From contig OZ024740.1 in the NCBI GenBank assembly GCA_964016885.1, forward strand, positions 430,466,001 through 430,530,000: a stretch of DNA of 64,000 bases. The letters run 5' to 3'. This document shows, in pieces, positions 14,886 to 27,000 of the stretch; the first letter of the stretch is position 1, and each line of letters begins with the position of its first letter. The translations under genes and the position numbers were made by a program. The notes beneath the pieces are model-generated. The model did not search any database and was not told where the DNA came from. It saw nothing but the letters and a program-made list of their open reading frames with translations. The DNA is from Eledone cirrhosa (Eukaryota).

Positions 14886-15816
14886 TCTCACATGGGTTGG
14901 CATCTGGCTGAAGAAAAACATGTTTCAAAAAGTCTTGACCAATTCATGCCAATTTTAAAAAACAATGATGATGCAAATTTACTAATTTCCTTATTGTATT
15001 TTCTGATGTTACGATAAAAAAAGATAAACAACCTAATTTCACTTTTTTATTGAAAAGCTAAAATTAAAAATACAAAAATAAAGAATATTTAACAAGTAAT
15101 GAAAAATCACTTCAGAAAAAAAATAAAAATTCAAATATTTAACTGTTTTGATACCAACACATCTGAAACAATTTATTTTAAAGTATTTATATTTAAATTT
15201 AAACCTTCTTATATAATTTGATTCACAATCTTGAAGTTGAGAGTTCGATTCCTGGACCGGGCGATGCGTTATGTCCTTGAGCAAGACACTTTATTTCATG
15301 TTGCTCCTTCTACCTGGAGTTGTGACCGATAGATCGTATTAGTAATTGGAAAGACCAATGGAAACATTGTTTCCTCAGTCTAATTTGACAAAAGTCGATC
15401 GATCCTTTTTATATAATTTTTTGTTACAACCTTTCCTCAAGTTATATTCTAAACACATAACAATGGAAATGTTATATTATTAAGTTGTTGCAATAAAGTT
15501 AGTTTCTTCGTAGTGCAATGTAAGTTGTTTTAGTGCAGTTTACATGTCTATCATTTTATGGTTTTGTATTCTACAACCAATTCTTTCCCACTCTTTGTTT
15601 GGTAAACCTTCACATCTTGTGTCAGATGTTAAATATAATGGGAAAAGTGTTTGATGGCCAGGGTTTCACTCTTAAACAGCACTGAAATGTCCCCACACTG
15701 CCTGACTCTTTCAATGTGCTTTATGTCAGACATTATGACTTTCAGAATTTGTTAAATCCCTCTAGTTTTTATTTTATTTTAAAAATTAATAGAAAATCTT
15801 AGGCATTGTATTAAAT

Positions 15817-16136
15817 TAACCTTTTTACTACTATATTTCTAATGAAAGATCTCATCATCATCATCATTTAGTGTCTATCTTCCATGTCTAAGGTTTTTAG
15901 ATATTTTTGAAAACGATCAAGAATTTTGAGGGATTTAGTGAAAACTTTTGTATTATTAAGCTGGTGTTTGACTTAACATAACTTAAAAAAGGTTCTTAGA
16001 TAAATATATACACATTAGAATAAGGTTTTGTATTATAAAACCAGGGGTGGTTCAGGTGTTTTCCTGGTTTTATAATACAAAACCTTATTTTGTGTATATA
16101 TTTATCTAAGAACCTTTTTAACCCCAAAAGGGTTAA
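15817..16136. mobile_element. Putative TTAA-flanked piggyBac-like MITE with an internal hairpin
   Basis: Starts TTAACCTTTTTACTAC and ends AAAAGGGTTAA; related degenerate copies at ~53160-53390 and ~59312-59538. Confidence 0.5.
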
Positions 16137-16191
16137 AACTATGGCAATAAAAGACTTAATGGACTATTTCTTTCTAAATTTCTTGTTGTAG

Positions 16192-16341
16192 AGACAAGGA
16201 AGATCTGATAGTTATGCAACAGAGTTTGATCTTGAAGCTGAAGAATATGTCCCTTTACCTAAAGGAGATGTACACAAGAAGAAAGAGGTGATTCAGGATG
16301 TAACACTGCATGATTTAGACACAGCTAATGCACGGCCACAG
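16192..16341 (+). CDS. RUVBL1: RUVBL1 exon C
   Basis: ttgttgtAG|AGACAAGGA. Encodes [50 protein letters not shown]; donor GTAAG; 150 nt. Confidence 0.97.
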
Positions 16342-16526
16342 GTAAGTCTTTCAATTATTCAGATATATTTATAGTGTTTAGAAAACATTTTAGATTACTG
16401 TAAAATCAGTGATGACGACAATGTATATATGTCACATCTTTTGCATGAAAACCCAGCAAACTTTCAATTCAAAATATATGTTATATTGTATATGAAATGG
16501 AATTATGACTTCTATACAGGTATGTA

Positions 16527-16724
16527 CAAGGGTGGGCTGAGATGTTCATAGGTTGACTAGGAAGGAGTGATGCTAGAGCTGTGAAATCTTATATGCAGTA
16601 ATTTCAACTCTTTTTATTAATAACTGCATTGTTTCTTTCTTGGGACTATGTTGACAAATAAACCTCATTTGGTAATTCCATGAGAGTGTCTTGGTCAGCC
16701 TATGAAGTTTTCAGCTAACCCTCG
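16527..16724. mobile_element. Tc1/mariner-type MITE
   Basis: TA|CAAGGGTGGGCTGAGATGTTCATAGGTTGAC ... GTCAGCCTATGAAGTTTTCAGCTAACCCTCG|TA: imperfect ~30-bp TIRs with a TA target duplication. Confidence 0.75.
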
Positions 16725-17250
16725 TATGGTAGTTGAACTTTATGGTTGCGTAGTTAGTGTTTGAAAAATAAGCTAGCTTCTAAAACACAAAAATTATCAA
16801 AATGTCTCTTGAAAAAAAACAAAAATATCTTATCGTAGTTTTTTTGAAAAATAATTATCAGAAAGAAATTTTTAAAAAATATGTTTTTAAAATTGCTCCA
16901 TAAATATTATTTAATGTCACTTATAAATACTGTATACATTTATTTATGTCACATTCTTACCAAATTTTTAACAATTGATATCTTTTCCTAATGATACTCT
17001 TCTTAAGCTATTTTTTAGATTTATATATATTTTTTTTAGATTGATACTTTTTAATTGATATTCTGAAAGATATCCTCTTTACGATAGTTCTTCTAAATGC
17101 ACTCTTGACTTATCTAATAATACATTTTTCCTCTCTTTAATCTTCAAACTTTTCACACATCTTTCGACGTAGATAATATATAATTGAAATTCTCATCCTT
17201 GAAAACATGTAATATAATACATTATAATCTCATTATAATATATAACTTTC

Positions 17251-20200
17251 CCTGCTGTATTAGCGATAAATTTTCGAGGGTTTCTCTTAGTAGTTTTTTT
17301 CATGACGTTATTATTGTTAATTTTACTGATGTAGTATTAACTTATTAACTTGGATATTTACCATGCGGTATTCTAATCCTATTGTATCTCTCTCAGTTAT
17401 TTACCATGCGACCCTCAGTTCCTACCCCCCCCCCCTCTCTATGCACTTCTTTAAGGCTTACTACCCTGTCTTTAACCTAATTCATTCAATCTGAAAATAT
17501 TGAAGAGATAAGATACTTTCCCATTCTTCTCTGCTAAAATGTATCACTAGAGCTGATTCCAATTATTCCAGCCATCCATCTAATCTACGAAGGTATTTTA
17601 GCCTACATATTGTCGTTAATATTATGATGTTCCCTGCTGTATTAGCGTTAAATTTTCCCTGCTGTATTAGCGATAAATTTTCGAGGGTTTCTCTTAGTAG
17701 TTTTTTCATGACGTTATTATTGTTAATTTTACTGATGTAGTATTAACTTGGATATTTACCATGCGACCCTCTTAGTAGTTTTTTCATGACGTTATTATTG
17801 TTAATTTTACTGATGTAGTATTAACTTGGATATTTACCATGCGACCCTCTTAGTAGTTTTTTCATGACGTTATTATTGTTAATTTTACTGATGTAGTATT
17901 AACTTGGATATTTACCATGCGACCCTCAGTTCCTACCTCACAGTTTCCCTCCCCCCCCCACCCCCACACACCACCATAGTCTATTCGACCAATCAAACCT
18001 AGCATGCCATTTCCACTGCTGCTGCTACTACCTGCCTAACTAACTCTCTCCTCCTCTGGCGCATCCCAACACACCCTGCCATTACCCCACCACCACTGTT
18101 CTTCTAGCCCTCAATTTTCCCACCGTTATGGATGGATGAGCTGGGAATACACGAGCAACTCTGAATCAATAGATGAAATATGAATCTGCGAGCTACCAAG
18201 CACCCACGTGAAGCGCCAACCCAGAGACCCTCCCCTACGAGTGTCGACAAATGCCCAAAACTCCGAGTTGGTACCATCAATGTAGGCTCAATGAAAGGAA
18301 GAGCAGGAGAAATCGTAGAAATGCTAGAGCGAAAGGAAGTTGATGTATGCTGTGTGCAAGAGACTAGATGGAGAGGAGGGTCTGCTAGAGTCCTTGTAGG
18401 AAAAAGCCAGTGCTACAAATTTTTCTGGGTGGGAAAAGACGATGGGATGGGTGGTGTAGGTATACTATTAGCTGACAAGTGGGTAGATAAAGTAATCTCA
18501 GTGTACAGGGTAAATGCAAGAATCATTAAACTCAGACTAGTCCTGAATAAGACAATTACCACAATAATATCAGCTTACGCACCCCAATCGGGGCTGCCAG
18601 ACGAACTTAAGGATAGGTTTTACGAGTCCCTAATACACACTACTGCTCTAACAGACGACAAGGACTTCCTAATCATTGCAGGAGATTTTAACGGACACGT
18701 AGGTAAACACTGCGACGGCTTCAATAGAGTACATGGAGGCCATGGAGTTGGCACAAGGAATGAGGAAGGATTCAGACTTCTAGAATTCTGCGACGCCAAT
18801 GACATGTCGATATGTAACACAAACTTTAAAAAACCCGACAACCACCTGATCACCTATAGATCAGGGGAGCACTCTAGTCAGTTAGATTTTATCCTCATCA
18901 GAGGACGTGACAGATGGACGGTCGTAAACACAAAAGCCTTCCCTAGTGAGGAATGTACATCCCAACATAGCTTAGTTGTCAGCGACCTCACAGTCAGAAC
19001 TAGACGAGCCCTGAAACAGAGGCCAACCTGGAGAAGAAAGATCTGGAAGCTGAAAGTCCCCTCAACCAGTAACAGATTTAAAGATATTTTACTCAACGCC
19101 TACGACAGTAAAGAAGAACAGATAGAGACATTTAACGTAGAAGAGAACTGGGAGTTCCTAAAAAATAACTTACTAGAGGCGACGGATGAGGTTTGTGGCT
19201 GGAGTAAGACCTCAAGCAGGAGGAGAGTGACTTGGTGGTGGAACAATAAGGTAGATGAAGCAGTCAAGGCCAAGAGACAGGCATGGAAAGAATGGAAGAA
19301 CGGGGGGAGCAGGGTACATTACATAGAGACCAAGAGGGAAGCTAGGCGACGAGTATACTTAGCTAGGAGGGAAGCAGAGGATAGAAAATTCAAGCATGTT
19401 TTACAACGTGAGGACCAGAAACAGGAGGTATTCAAGATTGCGAGGCAGTGTGTCAGAGATAGTTGTGATGTCATTGGAGAGAAGTGTATCCGGAATGATA
19501 AAGGTGAGCTTGCCCTCACAAGTGCTGAGAAGAAAGATGCATGGAAGAGTCATTATGATAGATTACTAAATGAGGAGAATGCATGGGAAGAAGAGACCCT
19601 ACCCCACTTAGACCCTATAGAGGGACCAGCAGTACAAGTCAGCGGCAGCGTAGTAAGTAAGGCAATCAGAGATATGAAGATAGGGAAGGCAACCGGTCCA
19701 TCGGGTATAGCTGCCGAGATGCTGAAGGCATCTGGGTCTGTAGGTCACACTATAACCACACGTATCGTTAACCAGGTAATACTAGAGGGGGCCATACCAA
19801 AAGATTGGTGCAGTAGCATCATTGTCAACTGCTACAAAGGTAAAGGCGATGCACTAGATAGAGGAAACTATAGAGGTATAAAGTTGATGGACCAGGTCAT
19901 GAAAGTAACAGAAAGAGTTATAGCACAGCTGATTAGGGACCGGGTGAATATAGACGAGATGCAATTTGGGTTTGTACCAGGGAAAGGCACCACTGATGCC
20001 CTCTTCCTTGTGAGGCAATTACAGGAAAAGTACCTAGCTAAAAGTAAGCCACTCTACTTGGCATTTGTCGACCTTGAGAAAGCCTTTGACAGAGTTCCAC
20101 GTGCAGTAATCTGGTGGGCTCTTAGAAAACTAGGAGTAGATGAATGGCTTGTGAAAGCGGTACAAGCCATGTATAGGGGAGCAGTCAGCAAAGTTAGGAT

Positions 20201-21610
20201 TGGCAATGAGTATAGCGAGGAATTTAGCGTACAGGTTGGGGTCCACCAGGTCTCTGTTCTTAGCCCTCTCCTGTTCATCATAGTCCTGCAGGCAATAACG
20301 GAGGAGTTTAAGACCGGATGCCCATGGGAACTCCTGTATGCTGATGACCTCGCACTCATAGCTGAATCTATGGTAGAACTAGAGAATAAATTCCAAACCT
20401 GGAAGCAGGGACTAGAGAGAAAGGGCCTCAAAGTCAACATGACAAAGACTAAGGTCCTTGTAAGTAGACGAGAAAACAGAACCCAGATCCCCTCAGGGAA
20501 ATGGCCTTGCTCAGTATGTAGGAAAGGTGTAGGTAGGAACTCCATTCTCTGCCCCAAATGCAAACAATGGGTACACAAGAGATGTAGCGGGATCTCAGGA
20601 AGCTTAATTAAGAATGTAGGATTCACATGCAGCAGCTGTGCTGAAACAGCAAGCAAACAGCCACAGGAAACAAGTACCACCAATCTCTGGGAGGGCCCTG
20701 TAGAAACAGTAGACAGCTTCTGCTACCTAGGTGACCGAATTAGCAACGGAGGTGGGTGCTCAGAAAGTACAATAACTAGGGTAAGAACGGGATGGAAGAA
20801 GTTTAGGGAACTACTACCACTGCTAGCTGCAAAAGGCTTCTCCCTCAGAATGAAAGGCAGACTGTATGATGCGTGTATCCGAACAGCGATGTTGCATGGT
20901 AGTGAGACCTGGGCGCTGAAGGTGGAAGACTTACGTAGATTAGAGAGAAACGAAGCCTGCATGCTCCGATGGATGTGTAACAGTAATATACGTGAACGAC
21001 AAAGCATAAAGGAATTGAGAGAGAGACTGAGCATAAGAGGAATCAAATGCTGCGTGCAGGAGAGGCGGTTACGCTGGTATGGACATGTGATGCGTATGAA
21101 GGATGACAGCTGCATAAAAAGGTGCAGAGCACGAGAAGTTGATGGAAACCGCGGAGTGGGGAGACCCAAGATGACTTGGGATGAGGTGATAAAAGCCGAC
21201 CTTACCCAACTACACCTCTCAAAGTCAATGACACACGACCGTGACTTCTGGCGTCACACAGTAATACAGGGTACCCGACCTCCCATGGGTACATGCTGAA
21301 GCATATAAACAATATGCCCCCCCCCCCCCACCCCACCGCAAGGTGGCCGTGGAGGTGCCACGGCAAAAAAGCACCCAGCCCACACTGTAAAGTGGACGTG
21401 TAGGCGCCACGAAAAAGCACCCAGCACTCACTGTAAATGTGGTTGGTGTTAGGAAGGGCATCCAGCTGTAGAAATCAAGCCAGATCAGTTCCTGTATGAG
21501 CAAGGCATGGTCAGCCGACCAGACACTGCCCACAACAGGACAACCCGTCTAACCCATGCTAGCGTGGAAGAACGGACGTAAAACGGTGATGATGATGATG
21601 ATGATGATGA
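17251..21610 (+). mobile_element. Apparently full-length RTE-clade LINE, family A
   Basis: 1039-aa ORF, 3' UTR and (GAT)n tail ending ~21610. Candidate TSD AACTTTC at 17244-17250 and 21610-21616; the 5' boundary is uncertain and could be ~17935. Confidence 0.85.
18180..21299 (+). CDS. RTE LINE polyprotein: APE endonuclease + reverse transcriptase with a PHD-like insert
   Basis: APE motifs GTINVG, CCVQETRW, SAYAPQ, AGDFNGH, QLDFIL, SQHSLV; RT motifs NYRGIKL, QFGF, AFVDLEKAFD, LLYADD, FCYLG; RTE C-terminus RLRWYGHV..GRPK.TW. Uninterrupted. Confidence 0.95.
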   Translation: MNLRATKHPREAPTQRPSPTSVDKCPKLRVGTINVGSMKGRAGEIVEMLERKEVDVCCVQETRWRGGSARVLVGKSQCYKFFWVGKDDGMGGVGILLADKWVDKVISVYRVNARIIKLRLVLNKTITTIISAYAPQSGLPDELKDRFYESLIHTTALTDDKDFLIIAGDFNGHVGKHCDGFNRVHGGHGVGTRNEEGFRLLEFCDANDMSICNTNFKKPDNHLITYRSGEHSSQLDFILIRGRDRWTVVNTKAFPSEECTSQHSLVVSDLTVRTRRALKQRPTWRRKIWKLKVPSTSNRFKDILLNAYDSKEEQIETFNVEENWEFLKNNLLEATDEVCGWSKTSSRRRVTWWWNNKVDEAVKAKRQAWKEWKNGGSRVHYIETKREARRRVYLARREAEDRKFKHVLQREDQKQEVFKIARQCVRDSCDVIGEKCIRNDKGELALTSAEKKDAWKSHYDRLLNEENAWEEETLPHLDPIEGPAVQVSGSVVSKAIRDMKIGKATGPSGIAAEMLKASGSVGHTITTRIVNQVILEGAIPKDWCSSIIVNCYKGKGDALDRGNYRGIKLMDQVMKVTERVIAQLIRDRVNIDEMQFGFVPGKGTTDALFLVRQLQEKYLAKSKPLYLAFVDLEKAFDRVPRAVIWWALRKLGVDEWLVKAVQAMYRGAVSKVRIGNEYSEEFSVQVGVHQVSVLSPLLFIIVLQAITEEFKTGCPWELLYADDLALIAESMVELENKFQTWKQGLERKGLKVNMTKTKVLVSRRENRTQIPSGKWPCSVCRKGVGRNSILCPKCKQWVHKRCSGISGSLIKNVGFTCSSCAETASKQPQETSTTNLWEGPVETVDSFCYLGDRISNGGGCSESTITRVRTGWKKFRELLPLLAAKGFSLRMKGRLYDACIRTAMLHGSETWALKVEDLRRLERNEACMLRWMCNSNIRERQSIKELRERLSIRGIKCCVQERRLRWYGHVMRMKDDSCIKRCRAREVDGNRGVGRPKMTWDEVIKADLTQLHLSKSMTHDRDFWRHTVIQGTRPPMGTC

Positions 21611-22082
21611 ACTTTCTCTACATACTTTCCGCATTTTCTAAGAAAATTATTCATCAAATCTAATTTTAATAGTTTATCAAATAATATTGGAGTTATCTTT
21701 TCCTTTACAATTGAGCAAACATAGACATAACTTGTATGATAAATTATGTAATTTCGCTAAATTAACAATGTTCTGTAAATATTTTCAATGTTGGATGAAA
21801 ATATTTGAATCTACAAATTGTTCTTCTCTTACAATTTGAACTACGTCTTTTTCTTAAATATTTATGTAAAATGAACATCCTTCATAACTCATATTAGAAA
21901 TGTTAACAAATTATTACGTGTGTTTTATATCTATATAATCACCAATAATACTTATATTTATACACTTATTAATCTATATAGATATTTATATACTTACAAC
22001 CTGTTGCAATATAATAAGATAAAATGTACTTACAACCATAATTCTTCATATAATCTTATTGATTATATATATATATATAATA

Positions 22083-22668
22083 CTAGGCGTTGCACAGGAT
22101 AAGCTATTTTGGAACGCGGGCCGCCAACAGACCTAATCGTGGAAAAACTCCATGCCTGGACAATATATAAAGAAAATAAACCCAATACTCTGATGGCTGG
22201 ATAATCTTTAAGATTTTTCCTCGATGAAGCAGGAAAAATGCAGGTTTTCACCTAATGCAGGCCCTAGGGGATCAAGAAAATGATTTTTTTTTCATGTGCA
22301 TAATATGCCTTGAAATTTCAGGAAAATTGGCTAGACGTAACGCCTCAAAAAAGCCCTAAAAAGCTGAAAAAATGGAGTTTTTCACCTAATGCGGACCCTA
22401 GGCCATAAAAAAGTTGGATTTGCTCACGGTATGAAGAAGAGACTAACTAATACATAGTTACAATTTCAAGGAAATCGGTCTGACGTAACGCCTCAAAAAA
22501 CCCCTAAAAAGGCTGAAAAGAACGGTTTTTCACCTAATGCGGGCCTTAGGGGATCAAAAAGTTAAATTTTTTATGTGCATAACACTCCTTGAAACATAAG
22601 TAATACACATGTAAAGTTTGAAAAAAATCGGTTGGGTACTTCTCGAGCTTTAGGGATTCAAACTCATA

Positions 22669-22703
<35 letters not shown>

Positions 22704-22724
22704 CCTCAGTTTTATATATATAGA
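22083..22724 (-). mobile_element. Non-autonomous Helitron-like element
   Basis: On the - strand it begins A|TCTATATATA, has (TG)n near the 5' end and ends GTGCAACGCCTAG|T (TC...CTAG termini in an AT target, no TSD). Three internal ~135-150 bp repeats start TTTTCACCTAATGC. Confidence 0.7.
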
Positions 22725-23261
22725 TTATAACTCATAATTTAATTAAATATATTTTAAATTCTGGAATCATATTCCACCACTCCAACAAACTGTTAATTCT
22801 TAACGTTTCAATCTTTTTAAATTCACGTAAATACAAGCTTTTCTTTCTTTCTTCTTCCTATACATACATATATATATATATCCTAATAATTATTTAAATC
22901 TACCTAGTGTCTAAAAATGTTTTTTTCAGCCCTATGCCTCAACCTCATTTGCATATTCATCTTAATAATTTGAAATATTTGTTTTTTCCTTTTACTATCC
23001 AGGTAAAACTTGAACCGTTAAGGTCTCATTCCTGGATATGTCAATATTTATAAAACAAGCTCTGTATTTTATCTGATGAGAGCGTACCAAAGTTTTGGTA
23101 CCCTTGAGATATATATAATAGAATAAATATGGGTTTTATAAATATAGTTTCCATTTATTAATATCTTTGATATATATATATATATTTCCTTATTTGTCAG
23201 TTTAGTTATTTTCTAAGATGTTATTTCATTTTCTATTAATATTGTTACCTAAATTATTTAG

Positions 23262-23325
23262 GGTGGACAAGATATAATGTCAATGATGAGTACTTTAATG
23301 AAACCAAAGAAAACTGAAATCACTG
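23262..23325 (+). CDS. RUVBL1: RUVBL1 exon D
   Basis: tatttAG|GGTGGACAA. Encodes GGQDIMSMMSTLMKPKKTEIT; donor GTAAG at 23326; 64 nt, ends phase 1. Confidence 0.95.
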
Positions 23326-23362
23326 GTAAGATATTGTTATATCCCTCTCTTTATATGTTATA

Positions 23363-23692
23363 TCATAATCATCATCATCACCGTTTTACGTCCGTTCTTC
23401 CACGCTGGCATGGGTTAGACGGGTTCTCCTGTTGTGGGCAGTGTCCAGTCGGCTGACCATGCTTTGCTCATACAGGAACTGATTCTGGCTTGATTTCTAC
23501 AGCTGGATGCCCATCCTAACATCAACCTCATTTACAGTGTGGGCTTGGTGCTTTTTTGCTGTGGCAACTCCACGACCACTTTGCAGTGGCAGGGTGCAGG
23601 GAGCATATTGGCTATATGCTTCGGCTTTGGCTTGTACCCGTGGGAAGTTGGGTCTTCTGTATTACGGTGTGACGCCAGAGGTCACGGTCGTG
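23363..23692 (-). mobile_element. RTE family A-like 3' end fragment
   Basis: Reverse complement of ~21232-21600, with (CAT)n on the + strand. Confidence 0.85.
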
Positions 23693-24034
23693 TATATATA
23701 TATAAAGAGTTGGGACCCAGACAGCCGAGATCTTCCCGTTTCAACAGTTCTGGATTGAGATATTGTTATATATCTCTTTTATGGGGTTGGTGATAGGAAG
23801 GGCATCCAGCTGTAATATACCCAACCAAATTTACAATCCTTGCCGGAACAAGGTGCAACATTGCTAGACGTGCCACCTGGCATGGACAACCTGTCTAACC
23901 CATGCAAACATGGAAGAATTGATGCTAAATGGAAATGATGATGATATGTTGTTACATATATCTTTTACTTGTTGCAGACTCAAAGCTGGGGCACATTCTT
24001 TTTTTTTTCTAATTGGTATCGCATTTAGTTGTGG

Positions 24035-27000
24035 AGTTATTATGGATGTAGAGTATTGTAAAGTTATACTAGATGTAGACTATTGTAAAGTTATTATAGA
24101 TGTAGAGTATTGTAAAGTTATAATAGATGTAGAGTATTGTAAAGTTATATTAGATGTAGACTATTGTAAAGTTATACTAGATGTAGACTATTGTAAAGTT
24201 ATTCTAGATGTAGAGTATTGTAAAGTTATTCTAGATGTAGAGTATTGTAAAGTTATATTAGATGTAGACTATTGTAAAGTTATACTAGATGTAGACTATT
24301 GTAAAGTTATTCTAGATGTAGAGTATTGTAAAGTTATTCTAGATGTAGAGTATTGTAAAGTTATTCTAGATGTAGAGTATTGTCAAGTTATTATAGATGT
24401 AGAGTATTGTAAAGTTATTCTAGATGTAGAGTATTGTCAAGTTATTATAGATGTAGAGTATTGTAAAGTTATTCTAGATGTAGAGTATTGTCAAGTTATT
24501 ATAGATGTAGAGTATTGTAAAGTTATTATAGATGTAGAGTATTGTAAAGTTATTATAGATGTAGAGTATTGTAAAGTTATTATAGATGTAGAGTATTGTA
24601 AAGTTATTCTAGATGTAGAGTATTGTAAAGTTATTCTAGATGTAGAGTATTGTAAAGTTATTCTAGATGTAGAGTATTGTAAAGTTATTCTAGATGTAGA
24701 GTATTGTCAAGTTATCATAGATGTAGAGTATTGTAAAGTTATACTAGATGTAGAGTATTGTAAAGTTATTCTAGATGTAGAGTATTGTCAAGTTATTATA
24801 GATGTAGAGTATTGTAAAGTTATTCTAGATGTAGAGTATTGTCAAGTTATTATAGATGTAGAGTATTGTAGAGTTATTCTAGATGTAGAGTATTGTAAAG
24901 TTATACTAGATGTAGAGTATTGTAAAGTTATTCTAGATGTAGAGTATTGTAAAGTTATTCTAGATGTAGAGTATTGTAAAGTTATTCTAGATGTAGAATA
25001 TTGTAAAGTTATTATAGATGTAGAGTATTGTAAAGTTATTATAGATGTAGAGTAGTGTAAAGTTATTCTAGATGTAGAGTATTGTAAAGTTATTCTAGAT
25101 GTAGAGTATTGTAAAGTTATTCTAGATGTAGAGTATTGTAAAGTTATACTAGATGTAGAGTATTGTAGTTATTCTAGATGTAGAGTATTGTAAAGTTATT
25201 ATAGATGTAGACTATTGTAGTTATACTAGATGTAGAGTATTGTAAAGTTATACTAGATGTAGAGTATTGTAGTTATTCTAGATGTAGAGTATTGTAGTTA
25301 TTCTAGATGTAGAGTATTGTAAAGTTATACTCGATGTAGAGTATTGTAAAGTTATTATAGATGTAGAGTATTGTAAAGTTATTCTAGATGTAGAGTATTG
25401 TAAAGTTATTCTAGATGTAGAGTATTGTCAAGTTATCATAGATGTAGAGTATTGTAAAGTTATACTAGATGTAGAGTATTGTAAAGTTATTCTAGATGTA
25501 GAGTATTGTAAAGTTATTATAGATGTAGAGTATTGTAAAGTTATACTAGATGTAGAGTATTGTAAAGTTATTCTAGATGTAGAGTATTGTCAAGTTATTA
25601 TAGATGTAGAGTATTGTAAAGTTATTCTAGATGTAGAGTATTGTCAAGTTATTATAGATGTAGAGTATTGTCAAGTTATTCTAGATGTAGAGTATTGTAA
25701 AGTTATACTAGATGTAGAGTATTGTAAAGTTATTCTAGATGTAGAATATTGTAAAGTTATTCTAGATGTAGAATATTGTAAAGTTATTATAGATGTAGAG
25801 TATTGTAAAGTTATTATAGATGTAGAGTATTGTAAAGTTATTCTAGATGTAGAGTATTGTAAAGTTATACTAGATGTAGAGTATTGTAAAGTTATTCTAG
25901 ATGTAGAGTATTGTAAAGTTATTCTAGATGTAGAGTATTGTAAAGTTATTCTAGATATAGAGTATTGTAAAGTTATTATAGATGTAGACTATTGTAGTTA
26001 TACTAGATGTAGAGTATTGTAAAGTTATACTAGATGTAGAGTATTGTAGTTATTCTAGATGTAGAGTATTGTAAAGTTATTATAGATGTAGACTATTGTA
26101 GTTATACTAGATGTAGAGTATTGTAAAGTTATACTAGATGTAGAGTATTGTAGTTATTCTAGATGTAGAGTATTGTAAAGTTATTATAGATGTAGACTAT
26201 TGTAGTTATACTAGATGTAGAGTATTGTAGTTATTCTAGATGTAGAGTATTGTAAAGTTATACTAGATGTAGAGTATTGTAGTTATTCTAGATGTAGAGT
26301 ATTGTAGTTATTCTAGATGTAGAGTATTGTAAAGTTATTCTAGATGTAGAGTATTGTAAAGTTATACTCGATGTAGAGTATTGTAAAGTTATTATAGATG
26401 TAGAGTATTGTAAAGTTATTCTAGATGTAGAGTATTGTAAAGTTATTCTAGATGTAGAGTATTGTCAAGTTATCATAGATGTAGAGTATTGTAAAGTTAT
26501 ACTAGATGTAGAGTATTGTAAAGTTATTCTAGATGTAGAGTATTGTCAAGTTATTATAGATGTAGAGTATTGTCAAGTTATTCTAGATGTAGAGTATTGT
26601 CAAGTTATTCTAGATGTAGAGTATTGTCAAGTTATTCTAGATGTAGAGTATTGTAAAGTTATTCTAGATGTAGAATATTGTAAAGTTATACTAGATGTAG
26701 AGTATTGTAAAGTTATTATAGATGTAGACTATTGTAGTTATACTAGATGTAGAGTATTGTAAAGTTATACTAGATGTAGAGTATTGTAGTTATTCTAGAT
26801 GTAGAGTATTGTAAAGTTATTATAGATGTAGACTATTGTAGTTATACTAGATGTAGAGTATTGTAAAGTTATACTAGATGTAGAGTATTGTAGTTATTCT
26901 AGATGTAGAGTATTGTAGTTATTCTAGATGTAGAGTATTGTAAAGTTATTCTAGATGTAGAGTATTGTAAAGTTATACTAGATGTAGAGTATTGTAAAGT

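Noticed and set aside
20054-21169. Recurrent antisense ORFs over RTE copies (also 856-1263, 43259-43660, 48008-49051)
   Set aside because: Shadow frames of the RT sequence; they recur only because the copies are homologous.
23910-25055. 381-aa (DVEYCKVIL)n ORF, and the similar 263-aa ORF at 40565-41356
   Set aside because: Produced by a 27-bp unit with one stop-free frame; the array has many frameshifting 25-bp units and lies in an intron. The right-arm ORF stops before exon E.
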